Assembly (NCBI GenBank): GCA_963737905.1
Contig: CAVTUQ010000041.1
Coordinates: 1-17,558, forward strand
DNA from: an uncultured delta proteobacterium
GTDB lineage: Bacteria; Desulfobacterota; Binatia; UBA9968
Length of the DNA stretch: 17,558 bases
Reading direction: 5' to 3'
Part shown: positions 1-7,447 of the stretch, piece after piece
Numbering within the stretch: position 1 is the stretch's first letter
Layout: each line of letters starts with the position of its first letter
Made by a program: the position numbers and the translations under genes
The notes under the pieces: generated by a model
What the model saw: the letters and a program-made list of their open reading frames with translations, nothing else
The model's database searches: none
Told to the model about the DNA's origin: nothing

Positions 1-164
1 CTGCTTGGTACGTGGACAAAATCTTGAAGGGCGCTAAGCCCGCCGACCTTCCGGTGGAGCAACCGACGAAGTTTGAGTTCGTGATCAATTTGAAAACCGC
101 CAAGCAGATTGGCCTGACGATTCCGCCGAATGTCTTAGCTAGGGCGGATAGAGTTATCAGATGA
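1..164 (+). CDS. ABC transporter substrate-binding protein (ABC_sub_bind / putative Trp-Tyr binding family), C-terminal fragment, 5'-truncated by the window
   Basis: Frame from nt 3 reads [53 protein letters not shown], stop TGA at 162-164. This is the characteristic C-terminus of the family. Not in the ORF track. Confidence 0.92.
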   Translation, partial: AWYVDKILKGAKPADLPVEQPTKFEFVINLKTAKQIGLTIPPNVLARADRVIR

Positions 165-223
165 GGCAAGACAAATCAAAGGAGACGAAACAAGTACCGA
201 AAAGCCGTGAGTGAGGTTTAGCC

Positions 224-1168
224 ATGATCGATACACCAGTCCAGACTATCCCGCCGCAGGCCGAGCAAACGCAGTTCATCAATCATCTTCACGGGTGGAT
301 GCTTTTAGCGGTGGCCATTACGGGAGTTATTTCACTCGCTATGGTGACCCTTCCACTTATCTCGACTATCGTTCTGGGAACGGTCGCACGCGACATTGCT
401 GGATTTGTTTGGTTGATAGTCCTCGAGTTGCTTCTAGTCGGCTACCTGGCACCGGCATTGCCGGGAAGGCCAGCTTTCTCAGCAAGCTCGGCCTTTCTGG
501 GGTTAACGATCCTGAACGTACTTATCTTTTCATTCGTCTTAACCTATGCCGGGCGATCAATAGGCGAGACATACGTGTTCACTCTCTATGATGGCTTAGC
601 CAACGGCGGCTGGCTGTGGCAACACGTCGGTGCGACCTTCAAGATAGTGCTCTACGGCTTCGTATTTGCGCTTGTGATTGGCGTCCCGGTTGGCATCGGT
701 CTCGGCAGCACCCGCCTCGGGCACCCAATGTGGCAGGCAGCCATCGAGGCGATGTACGCCGTCCCTAAAACGATGCTCTATCCCATCTTCATCGTGTTGT
801 TTGGCGTCGGTATCGGTTCGCGGATCGCCATAGCCTTCAGTCATGCTGTGTTCCCGTTAATGATCGGGGCTATGACCGGAACGGCGGCCCGGGCTCCATC
901 CCTAGCCCCCGCACTGACAACTGCTGTGCGAACCGCCTTGACCTTGAGCGTTATCGGAGTCGTCCTGAGCGAGATGTACGTTTCTACCGAAGGGTTGGGC
1001 TTTCTCCTCATGGTTAGCGCCGTTGCCCGCGGCGGAGCCAACCGTGCACTGGGTATCATCCTTCTGCTATTTCTCGTGTTACTGCTGCTAAACGTTGGTC
1101 TTTGGGTACTAGAGATACGCTTGCGAGCCGCAGCGGAGCCCAATTACATCGAAAGACAAAAACCATGA
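224..1168 (+). CDS. Membrane protein: N-terminal Bax-inhibitor-1/YccA-like segment fused to a NitT/TauT-type ABC permease (BPD_transp_1) domain
   Basis: 314 aa, very hydrophobic, GAGG upstream of the ATG. C-half has permease signatures LWQHVGATFKIVLYGFVFALVIGVPVGIGLG, YAVPKTMLYPIFIVLFGVG and IGVVLSEMYVSTEGLGFLL. N-half (QFINHLHGWMLLAVAITG...LIVLELLLV...LNVLIFSFVLTYAGRSIGETY) resembles BI-1/YccA/YbhL helices. Confidence 0.75.
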   Translation: MIDTPVQTIPPQAEQTQFINHLHGWMLLAVAITGVISLAMVTLPLISTIVLGTVARDIAGFVWLIVLELLLVGYLAPALPGRPAFSASSAFLGLTILNVLIFSFVLTYAGRSIGETYVFTLYDGLANGGWLWQHVGATFKIVLYGFVFALVIGVPVGIGLGSTRLGHPMWQAAIEAMYAVPKTMLYPIFIVLFGVGIGSRIAIAFSHAVFPLMIGAMTGTAARAPSLAPALTTAVRTALTLSVIGVVLSEMYVSTEGLGFLLMVSAVARGGANRALGIILLLFLVLLLLNVGLWVLEIRLRAAAEPNYIERQKP

Positions 1169-1228
1169 GCGAAAGAATCTCTTCTCTCGCCCTTATGTCT
1201 ACTAACCAATGAAGTCCTTAGTTAAGTC

Positions 1229-1750
1229 ATGTCTCACAAGAATCTACAGATGGCGCATATCAGAAAACCCAGAATTGAGGATGCCGCAGGTCTAATTGAG
1301 CTTTTCAGACAACTCGATGAAGAAACGAGCTTCATGCTATTCGAGCCTCGGGAGCGAAACATCACCACAGAGCAACAAAAACATCGGCTTGAGGTATTTG
1401 AAAATTCTTCAACCGACATAATACTCGTAGCCGAAGACAACGGCATAATCGTTGGTTTCATCGTCGGGATTGGCGGTTCTGCAAATCGCAATCGGCATTC
1501 GCTGCACATCGCAATCGGAATACTCCAAGCGTATTGGGGGCAAGGGATCGGGCAGGAGCTCATGAGAAGTTTGGAATCTTTGGCAAAGGAAAGAAACATG
1601 CACCGTCTTGAGCTGACCGTTATGGCTCATAACGAGCGGGCGATTTCCCTGTACCAGAAATGTGGTTTTGAGTACGAAGGTATTAAGCGTGACTCCTTGA
1701 GGGTCGAGGGCGAGTATTTAAATGAAATCTATATGTCGAAGCTAATATAG
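1229..1750 (+). CDS. GNAT family N-acetyltransferase (YhhY/RimL-like)
   Basis: 173 aa; acetyl-CoA motif YWGQGIGQELM, plus RLELTVMAHNERAISLYQKCGFEYEG. Start could be the second Met at 1250. Confidence 0.92.
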   Translation: MSHKNLQMAHIRKPRIEDAAGLIELFRQLDEETSFMLFEPRERNITTEQQKHRLEVFENSSTDIILVAEDNGIIVGFIVGIGGSANRNRHSLHIAIGILQAYWGQGIGQELMRSLESLAKERNMHRLELTVMAHNERAISLYQKCGFEYEGIKRDSLRVEGEYLNEIYMSKLI

Positions 1751-1843
1751 CTGCGTCACGGCAGAAGCAGTAGAGAGATCTCCGCTTTGAAATTTCCACC
1801 TCATGACAGTTCCTTCCTAAGACAGGCACCCGCGGCAGCCTTG

Positions 1844-1872
1844 TTGACTTTCTACGACTTCTTTCCTACCTT
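1844..1872 (+). promoter_or_regulatory. Candidate sigma70 promoter for the two downstream binding-protein genes
   Basis: TTGACT (1844-1849), 17-nt spacer, TACCTT (1867-1872), about 80 nt upstream of ATG 1954. Confidence 0.5.
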
Positions 1873-1953
1873 GCCCTGAATCGCGTTCTTGCTGAAGATT
1901 TCCGAGAGCGGCAAGACCGACTAACGCATCCGATGACGGAAGGAGTGCTATTT

Positions 1954-2952
1954 ATGTCAAGACTTAGAACGACTGTGATGTTGTTGGGTTTGATTTTATT
2001 ATCGTCCGTTTGGAGTCATGTTGCCTTTGCCCAGCTAACTAAGATCAACGTTGGCTACAGCGCCATCAGCGGCGATCAGCTGCCGGCCTGGGTCGCCAAG
2101 GAGGCGGGCATCTTTGAAAAAAATGGGTTGGATGTCCAATTGATCTATTTCACCGGAGGTACGACCGCGGTCATGGCCTTGGTTTCCGCGGACACACCCA
2201 TGAGCCAAGTGGCAGGAGCGGCAGTCGTGAATAGTGTTCTGGCTGGCTCTGATGCGGTGCTCATCGTCGGGGGCGTTACGTCGCTCAATTACTATTTGAT
2301 GGCCCAGCCGAAGATCAAGACCGCCGAGCAGCTCAGGGGCGGTTCCGTGGCGATCAGCCGGTTTGGTTCGGCATCCGATTTTATCGCCCGCTTTGCGCTA
2401 TCGAAAATCGGATTGACTCCCGGAAAGGATGTCACCCTTGTCCAAATCGGGAGCACGGGCGCCCGCATGGACGCTACCTTGGCCGGACGGGTGCAGGCCA
2501 CGGTCATTAACCCGCCTGCGAGTTTTATCGGCCAGAAGCGCGGGATGACGGTCTTGGCGGACCTTCCCAAGCTGGGTCTTGTCTACCAGCACACCAGCGC
2601 GGCGACAACCAGAAAATATATCCGTGAAAACCCGGACATCGTCAGACGCTACGTCAAATCTCAAGTGGAAGCTGTGCATCGCATCTACACGGACAAGGAA
2701 ATGTCCATCAAAGCTCTGTCCAAATACTTCGGCCGGGGGGTGGAGCCCGATATTCTGGAAAAAACCTGGGCGAATCTTCTCAATGAGTCCGTGCTTCCCA
2801 GGAAGCAATACCCCTCTCTTGAGGGGATTAAAACGATTCTAGCCACTGAAGCCAAAGGAAAGCCGGGGAAGCCTGAGGATTTCGTTGATTTGACTTTTAT
2901 CCGTGAACTGGATCAGAGCGGATACATCGATTCGCTGTACAAGAAGAAGTGA
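1954..2952 (+). CDS. NitT/TauT (NMT1/THI5/SsuA-like) ABC substrate-binding protein
   Basis: Signal peptide ending VAFA-Q; motifs WVAKEAGIFEKNGLDVQL, LRGGSVAISRFGSASD, PEDFVDLTFIRELDQSGYID. Start placed at ATG 1954 because AGGAG (1941-1945) precedes it; the ORF track starts at 1933. Confidence 0.92.
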   Translation: MSRLRTTVMLLGLILLSSVWSHVAFAQLTKINVGYSAISGDQLPAWVAKEAGIFEKNGLDVQLIYFTGGTTAVMALVSADTPMSQVAGAAVVNSVLAGSDAVLIVGGVTSLNYYLMAQPKIKTAEQLRGGSVAISRFGSASDFIARFALSKIGLTPGKDVTLVQIGSTGARMDATLAGRVQATVINPPASFIGQKRGMTVLADLPKLGLVYQHTSAATTRKYIRENPDIVRRYVKSQVEAVHRIYTDKEMSIKALSKYFGRGVEPDILEKTWANLLNESVLPRKQYPSLEGIKTILATEAKGKPGKPEDFVDLTFIRELDQSGYIDSLYKKK

Positions 2953-2976
2953 TCGGCACTTTGTGAGGATACCGAG

Positions 2977-3960
2977 ATGACGGCGAAGCAGGCTCGTTTC
3001 ATTCTTTTGGCCACGTTACTGGGGTTTATCGCTCCTCGCGCCTACGCCGCGGATAAGCTCGTCGCCGACTACGGCGGCCACGCGGGGTTTCAAAGCGCGA
3101 TCTGGGTGGCGAAGGATCTGAAGATATTCGATAAATACGGGCTGGATGTCGAAGTCTTAATGATCACCGGCAGCGCTCGCTCGGTTGCCGCTTTGATGGG
3201 CGGCAGCACGCAGTTCGCCACGGGATCCGTGGTCGGCCCGCTGGCGGCAGTGACGCGCGGCTCTGACATCAGACTGATCGCGGCGTCCTATAACAAATTC
3301 CCTTACGCGTTCGTAGTTCGCTCAGACATCCGTACACCCAAGGATTTGCGCGGCAAGAAGATCAACATTCTCAATTTCGGCGGTTCCAACGATATCGCTT
3401 TGCAGCTCGCGTTCAAAGAATGGGGACTGAAAATGTCCGATGCCCAGGTGATCATCGGCGGCGACGCGCCGACACGACTGGCGGCGCTGATGGCCGGCCG
3501 GATGGACGCCACGATACTATCGCCTCCGCACCTAACCATCGCCACGCAAGCGGGATATCGGGTGCTCGCTGACATGGGCGACATGAGCGTCAGCTTCACC
3601 CAATCATCGTTGTACTCGAGGTGGGGCTATATCAAGGAGAACCGCGATCGAGCGAAGCGGTTCTTGCGAGCCTATTCCGAGGCCATTCACGTGATCAAGA
3701 CGGACCGCACTCGAACGATGAAGGTTTTCGCCAATCGCATGCGCATCGACGATCCGGAGACGGTCAGGACGACCTATGAATATTACGCGCCGCGTTTTTC
3801 CTTGCCGCCCCGGGTGGATTTGAACGGCGTGCGCGACACACTCAACTTTTACGCCGAACAGAATCCGGATTTCAAGAACCGCAAGCCGGAGGAATTCATC
3901 GACCCCTCGTTGCTCGATGAATTGGAGAAAGAGGGCTTCTTTAAAAAGCTGGGGTCGTGA
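2977..3960 (+). CDS. NitT/TauT (NMT1/SsuA-like) ABC substrate-binding protein
   Basis: 327 aa; signal peptide ending AYA-A; WVAKDLKIFDKYGLDVE, DLRGKKINILNFGG, PEEFIDPSLLDELEKEGF; GAGG RBS upstream. Confidence 0.92.
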   Translation: MTAKQARFILLATLLGFIAPRAYAADKLVADYGGHAGFQSAIWVAKDLKIFDKYGLDVEVLMITGSARSVAALMGGSTQFATGSVVGPLAAVTRGSDIRLIAASYNKFPYAFVVRSDIRTPKDLRGKKINILNFGGSNDIALQLAFKEWGLKMSDAQVIIGGDAPTRLAALMAGRMDATILSPPHLTIATQAGYRVLADMGDMSVSFTQSSLYSRWGYIKENRDRAKRFLRAYSEAIHVIKTDRTRTMKVFANRMRIDDPETVRTTYEYYAPRFSLPPRVDLNGVRDTLNFYAEQNPDFKNRKPEEFIDPSLLDELEKEGFFKKLGS

Positions 3961-3994
3961 TTACTTTGATGAATCCCGTTGATTTCATTACCCA

Positions 3995-4080
3995 TCCTCT
4001 CCCTTGACGGGAGAGGACAGAGGTGAGGGTGAAAAATAAATCACCCCTCATCCTTACCTTCTCCCGCAAGGGGAGAAGGA
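3995..4080. repeat. Pair of inverted BoxC-like palindromic units between convergent genes; probable bidirectional terminator or RNA-stability element
   Basis: Hairpin TCCTCTCCC-ttgac-GGGAGAGGA (3995-4017), central GGGTGA-aaaataaa-TCACCC (4027-4046), hairpin CCTTCTCCC-gcaag-GGGAGAAGG (4057-4079). Confidence 0.75.
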
Positions 4081-4097
4081 ACACACATTCGAATCCA

Positions 4098-5075
4098 CTA
4101 CTTTATTTTTAATTCCGCCTGCGCTTTTTTTGCGAAGCTCCAATCGACGATATCGGCGAGGGTTTTGTCATCTTTGGATTTGCGCGTGTCGCGCACCAGC
4201 TGAATGACGTTTTTCATGGTCTCGTCGGTAGCGATGCCGTCGCGAGTGTAGAGGCCGACGATATCCCGGTAAATGCCTTCACGAATATCCGCTTCCTTGA
4301 TGCCCCACTTGGTCTCCATGATCGAGAGAATCTCACCCTTGCGGTTACGGATATAGTCGACGCTTTTGAGAATGGCTTTGATCATCTTGACGATCTCTTC
4401 GGGTTTGTCTTTCATCTTTTGGGTGTGGACAGCCAAGCCCCCGAGTGGGATGTTCATAATCTCGTTGAAAGACAAAATCTCATTGAAGCCGCGTTTGTGC
4501 GCGAGCTTGTTGAAGGGAGGCGTTAGCATGGCGGCGTCGATGGAGCCGCTGTCCAAAGCGGCATAGCGGGAAGAGCTGCCGCCGATCTGCAGAAAGATCA
4601 CGTCCTTCTCCGGATTCATCCCGTATTTGCGTAAGATCATGATCGCTTCGCTGTGGGGCGTGCCGCCGAAGCTACTAATGCCGAACTTCTTGCCTTTTAG
4701 ATCTTCCACGCGCTTTATGTTCGGTCCGGTGACGAGGTAATGATCGGAGCCTTCCATGACGGACATGACAATCCGCACAGGGAGGCCGGAAAGCGCCGCG
4801 CCGATGAAATTTGAGAAGGTCCCGCCGTAGTCGACGTTGCGAGTCACCACGCCGTTGACGACGACCTGGTTCTGCATAATGACGACGAGGGCGTTCAGAC
4901 CTTCGTTCTTGAAGAAGCCTTTTTCTTCGGCGATTGCAAAAGGAAGCCCCGTGGTACCGGTTCGCGTCGTCAGTCCAACGGTAAGGCTGTGCTCTTGAGC
5001 CCCGACGCTGGGCGGGGGGATGCTCAGGAGGAAGACAATGACCGACAGCAGAGTGGTGAATCTGACTTTTTGCAT
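4098..5075 (-). CDS. NitT/TauT (NMT1/SsuA-like) ABC substrate-binding protein, last gene of the minus-strand cluster
   Basis: 325 aa; signal peptide; IAEEKGFFKNEGL, VEDLKGKKFGISSFGG; GGAGG RBS in the 15-nt gap after the upstream stop. Confidence 0.92.
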   Translation of the reverse strand: MQKVRFTTLLSVIVFLLSIPPPSVGAQEHSLTVGLTTRTGTTGLPFAIAEEKGFFKNEGLNALVVIMQNQVVVNGVVTRNVDYGGTFSNFIGAALSGLPVRIVMSVMEGSDHYLVTGPNIKRVEDLKGKKFGISSFGGTPHSEAIMILRKYGMNPEKDVIFLQIGGSSSRYAALDSGSIDAAMLTPPFNKLAHKRGFNEILSFNEIMNIPLGGLAVHTQKMKDKPEEIVKMIKAILKSVDYIRNRKGEILSIMETKWGIKEADIREGIYRDIVGLYTRDGIATDETMKNVIQLVRDTRKSKDDKTLADIVDWSFAKKAQAELKIK

Positions 5076-5090
5076 AAAACCTCCCGTCTC

Positions 5091-7337
5091 CTATCGGCCG
5101 GGCAACCCATCGGCCTCAATCCGCGTGTCCCACAGGACCGCTTCACCGCCCAAGCTTGGACTAAAGAGGTCCACTTGTAGCTGCGTGGCGCAGCCCGGGC
5201 AAAAATACTCGTGGTACTCGCCGATATAGGGCTCCCCCGTGGGCAGCGGCGGCATGATTTCTTTTAGGTGCACGCTCCGATGCAGGGCATAGAGCTTGTA
5301 ATTTTCCTTAGCATCGCAGAAGCAGTGGCCGCAGCGGCCGCAGCGGATAACTTTCCGCTTGCCATTGGTACTCACCTCCAGCGCGGCGTGAAATCGCAAT
5401 GCTTGGCGCCAGCCGTTGCTTACAGTTGGTGAAAGACTGCTGGTTTTTCCGGAAACCGGCGCAGCGCTTTGCTTGCGAGCCTCACGGATCTCCTGTCGAC
5501 GCCGCTCGGTTGCGGCGGTATCGACGATTTTTTCGTCGTCGCTGAGTATGACTCCGTAGACGCGCTCGGAAACTTCGCGGCTGACCCAGCCACGGCCGAA
5601 ATCCTTCTGCACAGCTTTGGGATCGCGGTCGATGGGATCGCCGAAGCCGCCTCCTCCGGCTACGTAATCGACCAGCAAGCTTCCTTCCGGAAGCGGGATA
5701 CGCTCGGGCACGCCGGCCGGAAGAAAGGATTTGCCCCAGTCCCCGGCGCGCATCGTTTGACCGGTGGGATGATTCCCTTTTCTGACTTTGTCGAGCATTT
5801 CCAAACCGGCTTCGACCATCACCCGGTTGGCGCCGATCCCGGTGGGATAGCCGCCGGAGAGGCCGAAACCGCCTTGGGCGACGCCGCCGTAGGGCTTGTA
5901 ATCGACGCTGCAATCCTTGGAGCCATAGATAAGATAGATGCGGTAGCTACCCATGCCGCCGCGGTACTGACCGAAACCGCTGCCGTCGCAGTTATGCGAG
6001 CGGGTGAAATAGAGAAACGGATACTGCATCTCGATGCGCTCGATGTCGCTGATACCGGCGGAGGGGATGTTCATGTGACCGCCGGTGTTGACGCCGTCGC
6101 GGTGCGGCGCGGCGCCCATGCCGGCTCCATGGATGTCGTAGAGCCCCTGTGCTACCGGAATGCCTTCGCGTGTGTGGCCGCCGTAGAAGTATCCCGGCCC
6201 GCCGACAAACTCTAGATTGCCGGTGGTCGAGGCGTTGACGTCATCATAGCGAGCCGAGGCGTAGATCATTTTGGCGACCCCTTCGCAGACCGTGGAGACG
6301 AGTACGTTGCCGATACGAGGCGCGGCGCCACAGGCCGCGGGGTATTTGCAGTTGAGTATCGTCCCCTCCGGCACGTTGATTTTCACCGGGCGCATCTTGC
6401 CGTCGCTCCAGGGCACGTCCCAGAAAAGAGTATTGGTGAGCGCGAGCGCAATGTGTGCCACAGTGCTGGGTAAGGTCGAGTTGTGGTCCGTATCCGTCTG
6501 TGGACTGGTTCCGGTGAAATCGAAATGCAGCTCGGCATCTTTCTTCGTCATGGTGCAAAAAAGTTGCTGCGCCACTGATTTTCGCGTCTTGCGATCGAGG
6601 GTCGTGACGTACTGCCGCGTCACCCAGGTTCCGTTGGGCATCGACCTGAGTTTGGCGCGGGATTTGTTTTCCGAATCTTCGATCATCTTCTCGCCGGCCC
6701 GCTGCACGAATCTCAACCCGAATTTGTCAACCAAGCCCAGGTAACGTTTGCCGCAAATGTTGTTGCCGGCGATCATCGCCTTGAGATCGAGGCCGACGTA
6801 TTGTGGATCGCGGCACATACCGGTGAGGGTTTGAAAAACATCCTCACGGAATTCTCCTTTCTCGACAATCTTGAGCCCGGGAACACAGATCCCTTCGTGG
6901 AAAACCTCGTAGGCGCCGCCGCGCAATACGCCACCGGTGTCCGCCGTGTGGGTGCTGGTGGCGGTCCAGGCGATTAAATCGCCGCGATAGAAGATCGGTT
7001 TGACGATCATCATATCGTAGGTGTGGGATCCGGCGACGTAGGGATCGTTGAAGAAGAACTGGTCGCCGTCGTGAAAGCCCGGGGTTTTGCTGAACCGCTG
7101 CATGAGGCTTCTGATGGCGTCGGAAGTCGCCGCCGCAAAGCGGAGATGTCCGGAGCAGGCGAGAACCATGATGCCTTTTTCGTCATAGAACGAGCTCATA
7201 CACTCACCGCCCTGCGAAACGATGGGCGAGGCGGTGACGCGTTGCAAGGTCATGCGCCCTTCTTCGCCGATGGCCCACAGTCGGTGTAAGAACATTTCGT
7301 AGCGAACCGGATCGATTAACTGATTCCCTTTTTTCAT
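5091..7337 (-). CDS. Hydantoinase B/oxoprolinase (acetone carboxylase alpha-like) subunit with fused C-terminal acetone-carboxylase-gamma-like Zn domain (copy 1)
   Basis: Motifs FFNDPYVAGSHTYD, THTADTGG, FDFTGTSPQ, ERIEMQYPFLY, GQYRGG, GGGGFGDPIDRDP; C-terminal IRCGRCGHCFC...FCPGCATQLQVD. Start at ATG 7337 behind AGAGGAG; the ORF track uses TTG 7355. Confidence 0.92.
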   Translation of the reverse strand: MKKGNQLIDPVRYEMFLHRLWAIGEEGRMTLQRVTASPIVSQGGECMSSFYDEKGIMVLACSGHLRFAAATSDAIRSLMQRFSKTPGFHDGDQFFFNDPYVAGSHTYDMMIVKPIFYRGDLIAWTATSTHTADTGGVLRGGAYEVFHEGICVPGLKIVEKGEFREDVFQTLTGMCRDPQYVGLDLKAMIAGNNICGKRYLGLVDKFGLRFVQRAGEKMIEDSENKSRAKLRSMPNGTWVTRQYVTTLDRKTRKSVAQQLFCTMTKKDAELHFDFTGTSPQTDTDHNSTLPSTVAHIALALTNTLFWDVPWSDGKMRPVKINVPEGTILNCKYPAACGAAPRIGNVLVSTVCEGVAKMIYASARYDDVNASTTGNLEFVGGPGYFYGGHTREGIPVAQGLYDIHGAGMGAAPHRDGVNTGGHMNIPSAGISDIERIEMQYPFLYFTRSHNCDGSGFGQYRGGMGSYRIYLIYGSKDCSVDYKPYGGVAQGGFGLSGGYPTGIGANRVMVEAGLEMLDKVRKGNHPTGQTMRAGDWGKSFLPAGVPERIPLPEGSLLVDYVAGGGGFGDPIDRDPKAVQKDFGRGWVSREVSERVYGVILSDDEKIVDTAATERRRQEIREARKQSAAPVSGKTSSLSPTVSNGWRQALRFHAALEVSTNGKRKVIRCGRCGHCFCDAKENYKLYALHRSVHLKEIMPPLPTGEPYIGEYHEYFCPGCATQLQVDLFSPSLGGEAVLWDTRIEADGLPGR

Positions 7338-7402
7338 TTTGCTCCTCTTATGCAAACGCGATCGTTCGTTTGCGCATCCACTGACTTAGCGGGCCGTTTT
7401 TT

Positions 7403-7428
7403 CCCTCACCCGTTCCCTCTCCTTGACG
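7403..7428 (+). repeat. Truncated BoxC-like unit
   Basis: CCCTCACCCGTTCCCTCTCCTTGACG resembles the left arm and TTGAC loop of the units at 3995-4080, but lacks the closing GGGAGAGG arm. Confidence 0.45.
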
Positions 7429-7447
7429 AATTTGCATGTTTAATGAG

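Noticed and set aside
211-591. 126-aa alternative-frame ORF overlapping the permease fusion
   Set aside because: Same-strand overlap with the 224-1168 ORF, whose frame gives coherent transmembrane helices.
1196-1228. attC-like ends (ACTAAC...GTTAAGT) just before the GNAT start, suggesting an integron cassette
   Set aside because: The cores are only about 14 nt apart, far too short for attC; no matching site after the gene and no integrase.
5469-6215. 248-aa plus-strand ORF, and similar ones at 8491-9153, 9481-9909 and 11821-12303
   Set aside because: Antisense to the hydantoinase-family genes. The resemblance between 5469-6215 and 11821-12303 simply reflects the paralogy of the sense genes.
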